From the NCBI GenBank assembly GCA_050331735.1, contig JBHJGN010000029.1:32001-96000 (forward strand): a stretch of DNA of 64,000 nucleotides, written 5' to 3'. Position numbers and translations under genes: made by a program. Positions 11,370 to 21,444 of the stretch are shown in pieces. The DNA comes from Cyanophyceae cyanobacterium. Lineage in GTDB: Bacteria; Cyanobacteriota; Cyanobacteriia; Cyanobacteriales; JBHJGN01. Each line of letters starts with the position of its first letter. The first letter of the stretch is position 1. The notes beneath the pieces were generated by a model that was not told the DNA's origin, did not search any database, and worked only from the letters and a program-made list of their open reading frames with translations.

Positions 11370-13322
11370 TTGTCAACTTTTGTTCAAACGCCTCCGCTAA
11401 TCAGGTTAATCATTCTCATCGCTATCTGTAGCGTTCTTCTGCTGTTGTCGGAGCCAGTATTGGCTGAAACGTCACTGACAAAGCCAGTTTTAAGCGAAGA
11501 AATTCTGCAAGAGCGCATCGAATCACCCATCCAGAGTGAAGGATTATCGACGGTAGATCTCCGCAATTTTGCCGTTGACCTGACTAGCAAAAATGCCACC
11601 TTTCGTGATCGCTTTTACCAGCTATTGCAGACGAAGAGCAATCGTTCCAAGCAGCCCATCGGCATTGATTTAAGCAATTGCGTCATTCAAGGAAATCTGG
11701 CTGCCAGGGAGCTAGGTTTACAAACCCCTCTGAACCAAGCTGCCCTGTCCTCTCTGCTAAACCCGACAGAACGAGAACAGCTTAAACAAGACGAGCGCTT
11801 TCTGTTTAGTGATATTCAGCCAGTCCCCATCGTGACTGTTGTTCGCGGAGCGATTAAGCTGAACAACGCCCGTATTTTGGGAACTGTCGATTTTTCAGAC
11901 ACCTTTTTTTTACAGCGATTAGAAGCCGCAGCAGCGATTTTTGAGCAAGTTAATAGTAGCCAGACGCGCTTTGGGAGAGCGGCAGACTTTGGTGCAGCGA
12001 CCTTTCATCAAGACGCTGATTTTAGTCGCAGTACTTTTTTAGGCAAATCGAGGTTTAGTCACAGTCAGTTCCAAGGAGTGGCCGATTTTTCTGGCAGCAC
12101 ATTTGGGGATGCCTCTAACTGGAGTGGAGCAAGATTTGCTCAATTAGCTCAGTTCATCAGTGTTTTATGGCTCGAACAAGCAGATTTTAGCCAGGTGAAT
12201 TGGGGAAACCGCGTGTTGTTTTCTCAAAGTCACTTCAGGAATTTGTCGCTAGCAAACAGTACCTTTGAGCAAGCTGGCGCTTTTCGGGGAGTCGCTTTTC
12301 AGGAGTCTGTAGAGTTTCAGGATGTTAAGCTACTCGATCAGATCGACTTTAGCAACGCCATTTTTGCCAAGGGAGTGCGGCTCAATGTCGCTGGTTTGGC
12401 GTTTGACTCGGAAAGAGCTAAGGTGCTTGGCGATACGGGAACCATTGGTCAGAAAATTACTTTACCAACATTGCTCGGGAATGAGGCCGTATTACGCAAT
12501 CTTGTCCGCAACTTTCGCACTCTAGAGCAGATTCCCGATGCTAATCAAATTGAATATACAGCTCAAAAACTGCGGCAACAGCAGCTAAGTGCTCGCATCA
12601 CCCATCCCCTATTAACCTTGAAATTTCGTCAGGTTAAAGATATCTTACTCTGGCTCGGGTTAAGTATGCTGCTGCTGTTGAGCAACTACGGCACGAGCTT
12701 TGGTTTAGCATTTGGAGTGGGGATCGTGGCGATCGCCTATTTCGGCTTTCTGTTCTGGTTGATTGACCGTTATCGCCGCCGCTTGCCAACGCCGATTGTG
12801 CCTCACCGGACTGAAACGGTTTGCATGACGGGAAGCTGTGCGTTCCTTACGTTGATTGGCGTTGCTGAACTTTACGGCTATTCCGAGCGTCCTTGGCTCT
12901 CTCTGGCCTGCTTGGGGGTCTTTTTGCTGCCTCCCCTGGGGTTAGTGGTGCGTCTTTACCAGCAAGGTCGCTACCACAAGCTATTAGAAACCACTTATTT
13001 TGTTGAAGACGGCAGCATGCGACAGTTGCGCCTACTGATTGTCCGACTCCCCATCATGCCCCGGTTTCCTTTTTTCCGCGATCGCTATGAACCGATCTTA
13101 TGGAATAGTCGCTGGAACTGGCTGAACTACTACGATCTCAGCCTCAACAATTTTATTAAATTAGGATTCAACGATATCCGCGTCAGAGATCAGCATCTGC
13201 CAGGAATTGTTTCAATTCTAGTCTGGTATCAATGGAGTTTAGGGCTTCTCTACGTGGCGCTGCTGCTGTGGACGCTTTCTCGCACCATTCCCGGTCTCAA
13301 TTTGCTGATTTATTTAAAGTAG
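11370..13322 (+). CDS. Pentapeptide-repeat membrane protein
   Basis: Repeated ADFS/ATF-type pentapeptides, N-terminal signal, several C-terminal TM segments. Confidence 0.85.
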   Translation: MSTFVQTPPLIRLIILIAICSVLLLLSEPVLAETSLTKPVLSEEILQERIESPIQSEGLSTVDLRNFAVDLTSKNATFRDRFYQLLQTKSNRSKQPIGIDLSNCVIQGNLAARELGLQTPLNQAALSSLLNPTEREQLKQDERFLFSDIQPVPIVTVVRGAIKLNNARILGTVDFSDTFFLQRLEAAAAIFEQVNSSQTRFGRAADFGAATFHQDADFSRSTFLGKSRFSHSQFQGVADFSGSTFGDASNWSGARFAQLAQFISVLWLEQADFSQVNWGNRVLFSQSHFRNLSLANSTFEQAGAFRGVAFQESVEFQDVKLLDQIDFSNAIFAKGVRLNVAGLAFDSERAKVLGDTGTIGQKITLPTLLGNEAVLRNLVRNFRTLEQIPDANQIEYTAQKLRQQQLSARITHPLLTLKFRQVKDILLWLGLSMLLLLSNYGTSFGLAFGVGIVAIAYFGFLFWLIDRYRRRLPTPIVPHRTETVCMTGSCAFLTLIGVAELYGYSERPWLSLACLGVFLLPPLGLVVRLYQQGRYHKLLETTYFVEDGSMRQLRLLIVRLPIMPRFPFFRDRYEPILWNSRWNWLNYYDLSLNNFIKLGFNDIRVRDQHLPGIVSILVWYQWSLGLLYVALLLWTLSRTIPGLNLLIYLK

Positions 13323-13494
13323 TCCTGTGAAGCAGGTGATCGAGAAGGGCGATAAAGCAAGAAAAATCAGGACGGTGCAGTGACTTGAAAGCTTTTCAGC
13401 GTCAAGGAGGTTACTTTTGACGGCTGCTAAAGAATAAACATTAAAAAAAAGGACACTCTTGTTGAGAGAGCTGACTTCTTTGAGTTCGGCAAAA

Positions 13495-13686
13495 CTAGTC
13501 GTTTACTGCAACCGTGACAGTGACCGTATCGGCAGCACCCAGCACGACGTTACTATCCCCGGCTGCGATCGCATCTAGAGTCGCTTTGACACTTTCCCCG
13601 GCGCTTTCCCGACCATCCAGCACGGCAACATCAATAGCAGCGGCTACCTCTCCAGCCGGAACGCTAATCGTTTGCAGATCGGTAAA
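13495..13686 (-). pseudogene. Start-less Calx-beta-like domain fragment
   Basis: Stop-to-stop frame FTDLQTISVPAGEVAAAIDVAVLDGRESAGESVKATLDAIAAGDSNVVLGAADTVTVTVAVND*; GC-rich patch in AT-rich intergenic DNA. Confidence 0.6.
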
Positions 13687-14459
13687 TTATTAAGAGATTA
13701 TACATACGCAAATGTACGTACTTGAGTGCTGCACTGCGGATACGGATGGTAGACCGAGCACAATTTATCTTTATCGATATCAATAGAAGCTTCTAACTAA
13801 CACTTCTTCAATGTTTGATGATAAGAGCGAGAACCTCAACAGAAACTGTTGATTGCTTGGTCTACCTCTTAGAGAGGCTGTCAGTCACTTCTTGTCCTGT
13901 CAGATTAGCGACTAGTTTTATGAAGCTGCTAGCTTAGTAAGGTTACTAACTCATCAGCTTCGTGTTAGACCAACATTAGAGTAGAGTGAGCTTTACCAAC
14001 ACAAGCACTGACAGATAGTTTTCTCACCTCAACGCCTTCTATTGTTGACGCTACTGCGCGTTTTCTGTAAAGATAATATCTCAGTCATTGAAACGACATT
14101 GTGACTATCTTTATGACTGTTAGACAAAAGGAAAGTAGTAGCATTCTTCTTGTATTTGTCGCCTTAAATCAAGTATCATGCATCAAGTTGACTTTTTTTG
14201 AAGTATTTTAACAGTAAAAAATATAATAGTTCAGACAGCCACTCTAAAAAACAAAAGCTGGCGATCAATGTAAAATACCGTTTTCTCGGTATTTTTTCAT
14301 AAACAAAATTAGAAAGTCTACTAGAAAGCTACGTTTCCAAATCTCAAAAATCCGTATTTTTCCTGAGTTACCAAAATTCAAAACCAGGTTTTAATTAAAG
14401 AGTTTTTAAGCTGATTGCGATCGCTTGCTTAACGTACAACGTCATAGATTTAATTAATA

Positions 14460-17132
14460 ATGGCAGACACCAACTCATCATCTTCGTCCCCAAAATCTAT
14501 CCGACTAGAAACAGAAAGTTTTAACCTCAGTGAAAATTACGTCGCTAAATCCTCCCAGGGATATATTGAGCTTCTTGGTAGTAACGGAACTCAAGGAAGT
14601 GCGTCTGTTCCTCTATCGGTCGCCGGAACCTACAAATTGGTTGTCGGTTACTACGACGAGAACGATGGAGAATCATCCGTTGAGGTTGGTCTTAACGGTC
14701 AGACCATTGATGCTTGGGTGCTTGATGACATTACCCAGGGCGATCCGGAAAAGGCTCCTTACGACCGCGCCAGCCCTGAAACTTTCCTCAAGCGCACTTT
14801 GGCACAAGAAGTCACAATTCAGTCAGGAGATATTCTGTCAATCGATGCGGTGCGAGGGGATGGAGAACGGGCGAGAATTGACTACGTTGATTTAATTCCT
14901 GTTGAGGAACAGCCACCCACACAAGATGAGCCAACTTCTCCACCAACACTAACCGCTAATAAAACGCTACGACTAGAAGCAGAAGATTATCAGGCCTACA
15001 AAGATACCACGTCTGGCAACGAGGGTGGAGCGTACCGCAAGGACGACGTAGATATCGAGAAAACAAGTGATGCTGGTGGTGGCTATAACGTCGGCTGGAT
15101 TGCTCAAGGAGAATGGCTTGACTATACCATAGACGTTCAGCAAGCGGGAGACTACGATTTGACCGCGCGAGTAGCGGCCAAAGGGTCTGAACAAAAATCG
15201 TTCAGCGTTAATGGGCAAGCGGTAGACTTCTCGGCTACCGGAGGCTGGCAGGACTGGCAAACAATTGATGCAGGGACACTCTCTCTGTCTGCGGGAACCA
15301 ACAAGATCCGAGTATCGGCACTATCAGAGCGGTTCAATGTAAACTACTTTGAATTGGTAGCTGCTGACTCCTCCCCAGAACCAGAACCGCCGACACCAAA
15401 GACCGCAGTAGAAATAGACGGTGAGCTGCGAACATGGCACGATATCTCTCTGACCTTTGACGGTCCCAGTGCCAGCGAAACCGATTCCTTCAACCCCTTT
15501 CTGAACTATCGTTTGGACGTTACCTTCACCAATGGCAGTTCAACCTACGTTGTCCCTGGCTACTTTGCTGCCGATGGTGAGGCCGCGGAAACCTCGGCGA
15601 CTGCGGGCAATCAATGGCGCGTTCATTTTAGTCCACCAAAAGCTGGAACCTGGAACTACGAAGTCAATTTTCAAAAAGGGAATAATGTAGCGATCGCCGA
15701 CAATCTTAATGCTGGTTCATCAGTAGCCGGACTGGATGGCTTAACGGGCTCTTTTAAGGTGGCCTCTACCAACAAAGCGGGTCGGGATTTCCGCGGAAAA
15801 GGACGGCTAGAAGATGTCGGAGAACACTATCTGCGTCATGCCGGAACCAAAGAATACTTTCTGAAAGGGGGAGCTGGAAGTCCAGAAAATTTCCTAGGCT
15901 ATTGGGAATTTGACGGCACTAAAGACAATGGCGGGAAAGGAAACGATCTGCAAAATGGTCTGCACCGCTACTCCCCTCACGTCAAAGATTGGCGTTCTGG
16001 CGATCCTGTGTGGCAAGGTGATCAGGGCAAAGGCATTATTGGAGCGCTCAACTACCTGGCTTCTGAAGAAATGAATTCTGTCTATTTTCTCTCCTTTAAT
16101 ACCGAAGGGGGCGATGGGCAAGAAGTCTATCCTTGGACGACCGCTGATACCAACACGCGCTACGACGTCAGCAAACTGGAGCAGTGGGAAATTGTCTTTG
16201 ACCATATGGACCAGTCGGGAATTATGCTCCATCTTCTTACTCAGGAGCAGGAGAACGATCAGGCTCTCGATGGTGGCAATTTAGGCAGTGAGCGGAAGCT
16301 TTATTACCGAGAGTTAGTTGCCCGTTTTGGCCATCATTTAGGTCTGACCTGGAACTTGGGAGAAGAGAATACGAACACCAATTCTCAGCGTCGAGCGTTT
16401 GCTGACTATCTGCGGGATATCGACCCTTACGATTCTGCCATCGTTGTCCATACTTATCCAGGTCAAAAAGAAACCGTTTACTCTCCGCTTCTCGGCAACA
16501 AAGATCTTAATGGTGCTTCATTGCAGAGCAAGCCTGCGGCAGTTCATGCTGATGTCCTTGAGTGGCGGGAGAGATCTGCTGCTTCTGGTCAACCGTGGAT
16601 TGTAACTGTTGATGAAATTGGTCCGGCTAATCGCGGGGCGCTTCCTGATGCTAATTCTAATCACGACGACATCCGCGATTCTGCCCTGTGGGGAGGTTTA
16701 ATGGCAGGAGGAGCCGGAATAGAGTGGTATTTCGGCTATGACTACCCCAACAACGATCTCGATGCCGAAGACTGGCGCAGTCGCGACAATCTGTGGGATC
16801 AAACCCGCCATGCCCTCAACTTTTTCCAAGAGTATCTGCCGTTTTGGGATATGGAAAGTTTGGACAGCATTACCTCCGATTCAGATGATTATGTTTTCGG
16901 GAAAACAGGAGAAATTTATGCCGTCTATTTGCCGGATGGAGGTTCGACAGCGATTGATTTACCTCAGGGAAGCTATGACGTGCAGTGGTACAATCCCCGT
17001 AGTGGCGGCAGTCTTGTTAACGGCTCGATCGCGAGCGTCAGCGGTGGAGAAAACGTTCTACTAGGGAATGCTCCCAACAGTCAAAACCAAGACTGGGTTG
17101 TTTTGGTAACCAACGACTCTTTTTCACTCTAA
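14460..17132 (+). CDS. Multidomain carbohydrate-active protein: CBM-like + CBM6-like + DUF5060 + putative glycoside hydrolase core + C-terminal beta domain
   Basis: LEAEDY...GEWLDY...TGGWQDW (CBM6-like), NPFLNYRLDVTF...WRVHFSP (DUF5060-like), WNLGEEN, WYNPRSG. Confidence 0.75.
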   Translation: MADTNSSSSSPKSIRLETESFNLSENYVAKSSQGYIELLGSNGTQGSASVPLSVAGTYKLVVGYYDENDGESSVEVGLNGQTIDAWVLDDITQGDPEKAPYDRASPETFLKRTLAQEVTIQSGDILSIDAVRGDGERARIDYVDLIPVEEQPPTQDEPTSPPTLTANKTLRLEAEDYQAYKDTTSGNEGGAYRKDDVDIEKTSDAGGGYNVGWIAQGEWLDYTIDVQQAGDYDLTARVAAKGSEQKSFSVNGQAVDFSATGGWQDWQTIDAGTLSLSAGTNKIRVSALSERFNVNYFELVAADSSPEPEPPTPKTAVEIDGELRTWHDISLTFDGPSASETDSFNPFLNYRLDVTFTNGSSTYVVPGYFAADGEAAETSATAGNQWRVHFSPPKAGTWNYEVNFQKGNNVAIADNLNAGSSVAGLDGLTGSFKVASTNKAGRDFRGKGRLEDVGEHYLRHAGTKEYFLKGGAGSPENFLGYWEFDGTKDNGGKGNDLQNGLHRYSPHVKDWRSGDPVWQGDQGKGIIGALNYLASEEMNSVYFLSFNTEGGDGQEVYPWTTADTNTRYDVSKLEQWEIVFDHMDQSGIMLHLLTQEQENDQALDGGNLGSERKLYYRELVARFGHHLGLTWNLGEENTNTNSQRRAFADYLRDIDPYDSAIVVHTYPGQKETVYSPLLGNKDLNGASLQSKPAAVHADVLEWRERSAASGQPWIVTVDEIGPANRGALPDANSNHDDIRDSALWGGLMAGGAGIEWYFGYDYPNNDLDAEDWRSRDNLWDQTRHALNFFQEYLPFWDMESLDSITSDSDDYVFGKTGEIYAVYLPDGGSTAIDLPQGSYDVQWYNPRSGGSLVNGSIASVSGGENVLLGNAPNSQNQDWVVLVTNDSFSL

Positions 17133-17232
17133 AGCTGTTGGAGCAAGCGTTACTCAGCTTGGCCCTAACTGTATCTCTTGATACTTACCTGGCGATACAG
17201 TAGCGTTTCAATAAATTGTTGAGCAAGAGAGT

Positions 17233-17261
17233 AGACCCAAGCAAAAATAATGCTTGGGTCT
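17233..17261 (+). terminator. Stem-loop downstream of the 14460 gene
   Basis: AGACCCAAGCA-N7-TGCTTGGGTCT. Confidence 0.55.
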
Positions 17262-17907
17262 CATCGCATAACGAGGTTAAGTTTGGGTCGTATCGCTAAG
17301 GCAGCGAGATAGATACTTTGCCTCGGTCCGCTTGACTTTCTATACCGAGATAAACGCCTTAATTCCTTGAGTAAAGTCTTTCCTTGATGATTTGAGCCAA
17401 TTTGCTTTACTGACATACTGCTATAGTAGTATGTCAGCACGATAGGACACTTTCCCGCTGTTGGGCTTTGATCATCAAAACCCTAGCTTTGAAATGTATC
17501 ATAACCCACGAGCGTAATGCTATGGTAAACAACACTGCCCTTCCAAGCAGGTTTGCATAATAAATGTAATTCGTTCTCAGTAGAACATTGATTAGTTATT
17601 TCAGGGAAGCTGTTGAATCTAGTTGAGGCCCGAAGCTTAATCTCCCAAAACTCGGTTTGCCTAAAATAAAGGTAATCAGATACAGATTAATAGTAAGTTT
17701 TTGCTGTATGAGCTGGTTAGGTAAATGAATTTGAATGTTAGCGATAAAACATCAAAGCACAAAATACAGAAATTTCTTTGAAAACAGAAGGACATTACCT
17801 ATTTATCTTGTCAGTATTGCTGATTAAAGCTACTCTTTTACATGATTTCTTTGTCGCTCTAAAAACTCACCTGTGGTTTTGACGTCAAGCATTTAAAGAG
17901 GTAAATC

Positions 17908-18615
17908 ATGAAGACTCGATTACTGACAACTATCGCGTTCCTAACTACTGTCGTGGGTTTCCAGTCAGCACAAGCGGCTGAACTTTCCCTCACACCCTCT
18001 ACCTGGGGGACTTTGACTGACGGCGGCAGTGAAGAGATTGACGGCGTAGTAGATTTTATTTCTGTAGAGGATGAGGTCATTGCTGGCTACAGCAGCACCG
18101 CACCGGAAGAATTTCAGGGAAATTTAGAATTTGGAGTCATCGAGTTTACTGTACAATCAATGACCTTCATCGAAAGCGCCTTTTTAAACCTGTTGAATTA
18201 TGATGATAGCGGATCTTCAGAATCGCTACCGTTTCAACTTTATGGTTACATTGGAGACGGTCAGATTACGGCATCAGATTTCTTGGCAGGAAATCTGCTG
18301 GCGGACTTCACTCTTGACTTTACAGGAAACCCGGAGAGTGTTGCCATTGATGTCACAGATTACGTTAGTCAAGTTGTGGCAGCAGGAAATGAAGTTGTCG
18401 GATTCAATATTAGACCAGACGGAAATCCGCAAGAAAACAACACCGCCTACTTTTTTAGTTCTCCTGCAGCCGGACCGGGTTCCTCTACTTTAGATATTGA
18501 AGCTCAGCCAATTCCAGAACCGCTAACGATTCTTGGCACAGGGACAGCTTTAGCCCTGGGAGCCGCGTTCAAGCGGAAATTGGCTCAGAAACAAACCACA
18601 TCGCGATCGAAGTGA
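17908..18615 (+). CDS. PEP-CTERM surface protein of unknown function
   Basis: GAGG RBS, signal peptide ending AQA, IPEPLTILG + TM + KRK tail. Confidence 0.88.
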   Translation: MKTRLLTTIAFLTTVVGFQSAQAAELSLTPSTWGTLTDGGSEEIDGVVDFISVEDEVIAGYSSTAPEEFQGNLEFGVIEFTVQSMTFIESAFLNLLNYDDSGSSESLPFQLYGYIGDGQITASDFLAGNLLADFTLDFTGNPESVAIDVTDYVSQVVAAGNEVVGFNIRPDGNPQENNTAYFFSSPAAGPGSSTLDIEAQPIPEPLTILGTGTALALGAAFKRKLAQKQTTSRSK

Positions 18616-18628
18616 TCGGAGCTGAACT

Positions 18629-19972
18629 CTAAAACTGGGCGCGGAACTTTTCGACGACTCTGCTTAACCCAACAGAATTAGACGCTTTGAATAAAATGCG
18701 ATCGCCCGCCTGCACCAGGCTGCTCAAATAGTACGTCAACTCATCGTGGGTCGTGAAGCACTGAGTGGCTACCCCGGCAGCTCCCTGAGCAATGGCTTCT
18801 GTGGCTGGTTCGTCGATCAACACCAGTAATTGCTCAATGCCGAGCTGCCCAACGGTAGCTCCGACCTGCTGATGGAGCGGAACAGCATAGTCTCCCAGCT
18901 CCTTCATAGTTCCTAACACGGCAATCCGTCGCGTTCCAGGCGTTTCCTTAAGTAAGTGTAGAGCAGCCAACATCGATTCTAAGCCCGCGTTGTAGGTCTC
19001 ATCTAAAATGAGAATATCGTTGGGCAACTGGTAGCGTCGGGCTCGTCCCTTGGGTAAATTGACCGTGAGCCCGTTCTGTAGCGCCGTGAGGTCAAACCCG
19101 AGGGCGCTAGCTACCGCAACTGCCGCTAGAGTGTTGAGAGCATTGTGTCGTCCAGGCAGCGGAAGCGGCAGCTTCAGATCTCCCACTCTTAAAGTATCGG
19201 CAGCGATTAATTCTCCTCGTACCTCTCCGTGCTCTAATCCATAGGTAATAGTGCGTCCTTGCCACACTGCCGCTGCGGTATCTATTAATCGCCGATCCTC
19301 CGCATTGAGGATAGCCACTCCTGAGGGCGACATACGGGCTAACAGTTCGCATTTGGCGGCGGCAATTGCTGCCCTGGAACCAAGTCTACCGATGTGCGCC
19401 GTTCCCACGTTGGTAATCACGCCAATGGTGGGACGGGCAATTTGAGTGAGCAGAGCAATTTCTCCGCGAGCACGCATCGCCATTTCAATCACAGCATAGT
19501 CGTGTTGAGGCTCAAGCTCTAGCAAGGTTTTGGGGACACCAATTTCGTTGTTGTAGTTAGCCTCGGTTTTAAGCACCTGTCCATCAAGGGATAACACAGC
19601 AGCAATTAACTCTTTAGTCGTCGTTTTACCCACCGATCCCGTCACGGCGATGACCGGAATTTCCCGGCGGTCTCGCCACCAGCGAGCGATTTTCTGATAG
19701 GCTGCCAGAGTATCTTCTACCTGAAACTGAGGAGCCGGGACCGTTCCCAAACGCTCCACAATGAAAGCGATCGCTCCTCGCTCAAGAGCCGTTTCAATGA
19801 AATTATGACCATCAAACTGCTCTCCTCTAAGAGCGACAAAGATCTCGTTGCGATTGAGAGTCCGAGTGTCTGTACTGAGCCCTGCTGCTGTTTGGGTTAA
19901 GTTTGTAGATGGCGATGGTGAGACCTGGAGAATCGCGCCAATGTCGGCTAGGGTAAATTGAGGCATAGCCAA
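18629..19972 (-). CDS. murF: UDP-MurNAc-tripeptide--D-Ala-D-Ala ligase
   Basis: VTGSVGKTTTKE, NNEIGVP, DETYNA, KASNS. Confidence 0.96.
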   Translation of the reverse strand: MAMPQFTLADIGAILQVSPSPSTNLTQTAAGLSTDTRTLNRNEIFVALRGEQFDGHNFIETALERGAIAFIVERLGTVPAPQFQVEDTLAAYQKIARWWRDRREIPVIAVTGSVGKTTTKELIAAVLSLDGQVLKTEANYNNEIGVPKTLLELEPQHDYAVIEMAMRARGEIALLTQIARPTIGVITNVGTAHIGRLGSRAAIAAAKCELLARMSPSGVAILNAEDRRLIDTAAAVWQGRTITYGLEHGEVRGELIAADTLRVGDLKLPLPLPGRHNALNTLAAVAVASALGFDLTALQNGLTVNLPKGRARRYQLPNDILILDETYNAGLESMLAALHLLKETPGTRRIAVLGTMKELGDYAVPLHQQVGATVGQLGIEQLLVLIDEPATEAIAQGAAGVATQCFTTHDELTYYLSSLVQAGDRILFKASNSVGLSRVVEKFRAQF

Positions 19973-20208
19973 TAGAGATGGGTAAAAGGTTAATGGAGAA
20001 ACTGTATCAAGACAGCCAGCATTTAGAAAAGTCGTTGCTTCTGGCGAGGGTTGACGGTGTTGAATTGCCGATTAATCATACTACCAATGCAATCGTTACA
20101 TTTCTAAGGGCTTGCGAGGAGAAATTTTGAGAAATAATCGGTAAGCTCTGAAATAACGAGTCGTCATGGTGGCGCAGGTAACCGATGTAAATAATCCCCG
20201 AGAAAAAC

Positions 20209-21444
20209 GTGAGTGAGGAAGTAAAAGCGGGAAACGCCGCTGTTTCCAGTAGTTTAAACCAAGCCAAGATGGTGGCGCAGCAGCAAAACTGGGGTTTGTT
20301 AACTCAGTGTTTACAGCAGCTACCGCTAGCAAAGCCTGCCGTTGACTCCTGTGAGAATAACATCCAGCAAGCGATTGCTCTTAGTCTACAGGTATTAACT
20401 TACGGAGATTTTCAGCAACGCTGGGAAATTGCTAAACTGCTGCCAAAGTTGGGTAAGCAAGCCATCGCTCCTCTGGTTGCTGTGCTTGAAAACGAAGCAG
20501 CCGAACTAGAACTACGCTGGTTTGCAATCCGGGTTTTGAGCCAGTTTGATGAACCCGAGGTGGTCATAGCGATAACAGAGCTGCTGCAGAAATCTGAGGA
20601 TGAAGAACTAGCGTTAGCGGCAGCACAAGCCTTAGCTCAAATCGGCCCTGCTGCTGTTGACGGCCTCACCAGCTTGCTGCAATCAGCAGACACTCGTTTC
20701 CTGGCGATTCGCGCTCTATCGTGTATTCGTCGACCAGCGGTAATCGCGCCGCTGCTGTCGGTGGTTAACGACTCTTCTCCTCAAATTCGCCAAATAGCGG
20801 TGGAGGCTCTAGGAAGCTTTCATGACGGGCAGATTCCACCCGTCCTGGTTGAGGCGTTGTCCGATGTCTCTGCCGCTGTACGCCAAGAAGCCGCGAGTGC
20901 TTTAGGTATGCGACCTGAGCTGAGGCAACAGTTCAGCCTAGTGGAGCGCCTTACCTCTCTCCTCTACGACCTCAATTTAGAGGTTTGCCGACAAGCGGCG
21001 CTCGCGTTAGGTCGGTTAGGCACGGCTGACGCAGCGGCAGCTCTATTTGCGGTCCTTCGTTCTTCAGCTCCAGCTAAATTAAAACGAGAGGTTGTTCGTG
21101 CCTTGGGCTGGATGGAATCGTCTGAGGCCCTAGAGTATCTCCACCAAGGACTGAGCGGTAGTGAGGACGTAGTTTGCCAGGAAATTATTGCTGTCCTCGG
21201 GCGGCAGCGAAATGCACTCAAACCGCAAGCTACTAAAATATTGAGTGATTTCTGGGTCTCGCAGCGCGGGAATCACTCGCGCCCAATTAAACAGGCTTTA
21301 GCAATGTCCCTCGGAGAGCTAGGCCAACCGGAAGCGCGGGATGCTTTACAAGCCTTGGCTCAAGACTCAGAACAGACGATCCGACTGCATGCTCTCGCCG
21401 CTCTCAAGAAGATGGCTAACAATTACGCCAACGAGCGACTTTGA
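20209..21444 (+). CDS. HEAT-repeat (PBS lyase-like) protein
   Basis: Repeated VRxxAAxALG units. Confidence 0.85.
   Translation: MSEEVKAGNAAVSSSLNQAKMVAQQQNWGLLTQCLQQLPLAKPAVDSCENNIQQAIALSLQVLTYGDFQQRWEIAKLLPKLGKQAIAPLVAVLENEAAELELRWFAIRVLSQFDEPEVVIAITELLQKSEDEELALAAAQALAQIGPAAVDGLTSLLQSADTRFLAIRALSCIRRPAVIAPLLSVVNDSSPQIRQIAVEALGSFHDGQIPPVLVEALSDVSAAVRQEAASALGMRPELRQQFSLVERLTSLLYDLNLEVCRQAALALGRLGTADAAAALFAVLRSSAPAKLKREVVRALGWMESSEALEYLHQGLSGSEDVVCQEIIAVLGRQRNALKPQATKILSDFWVSQRGNHSRPIKQALAMSLGELGQPEARDALQALAQDSEQTIRLHALAALKKMANNYANERL

Noticed and set aside
21423..21444. 22-nt convergent overlap of the HEAT gene and cobW
   Set aside because: Short 3' overlaps are common
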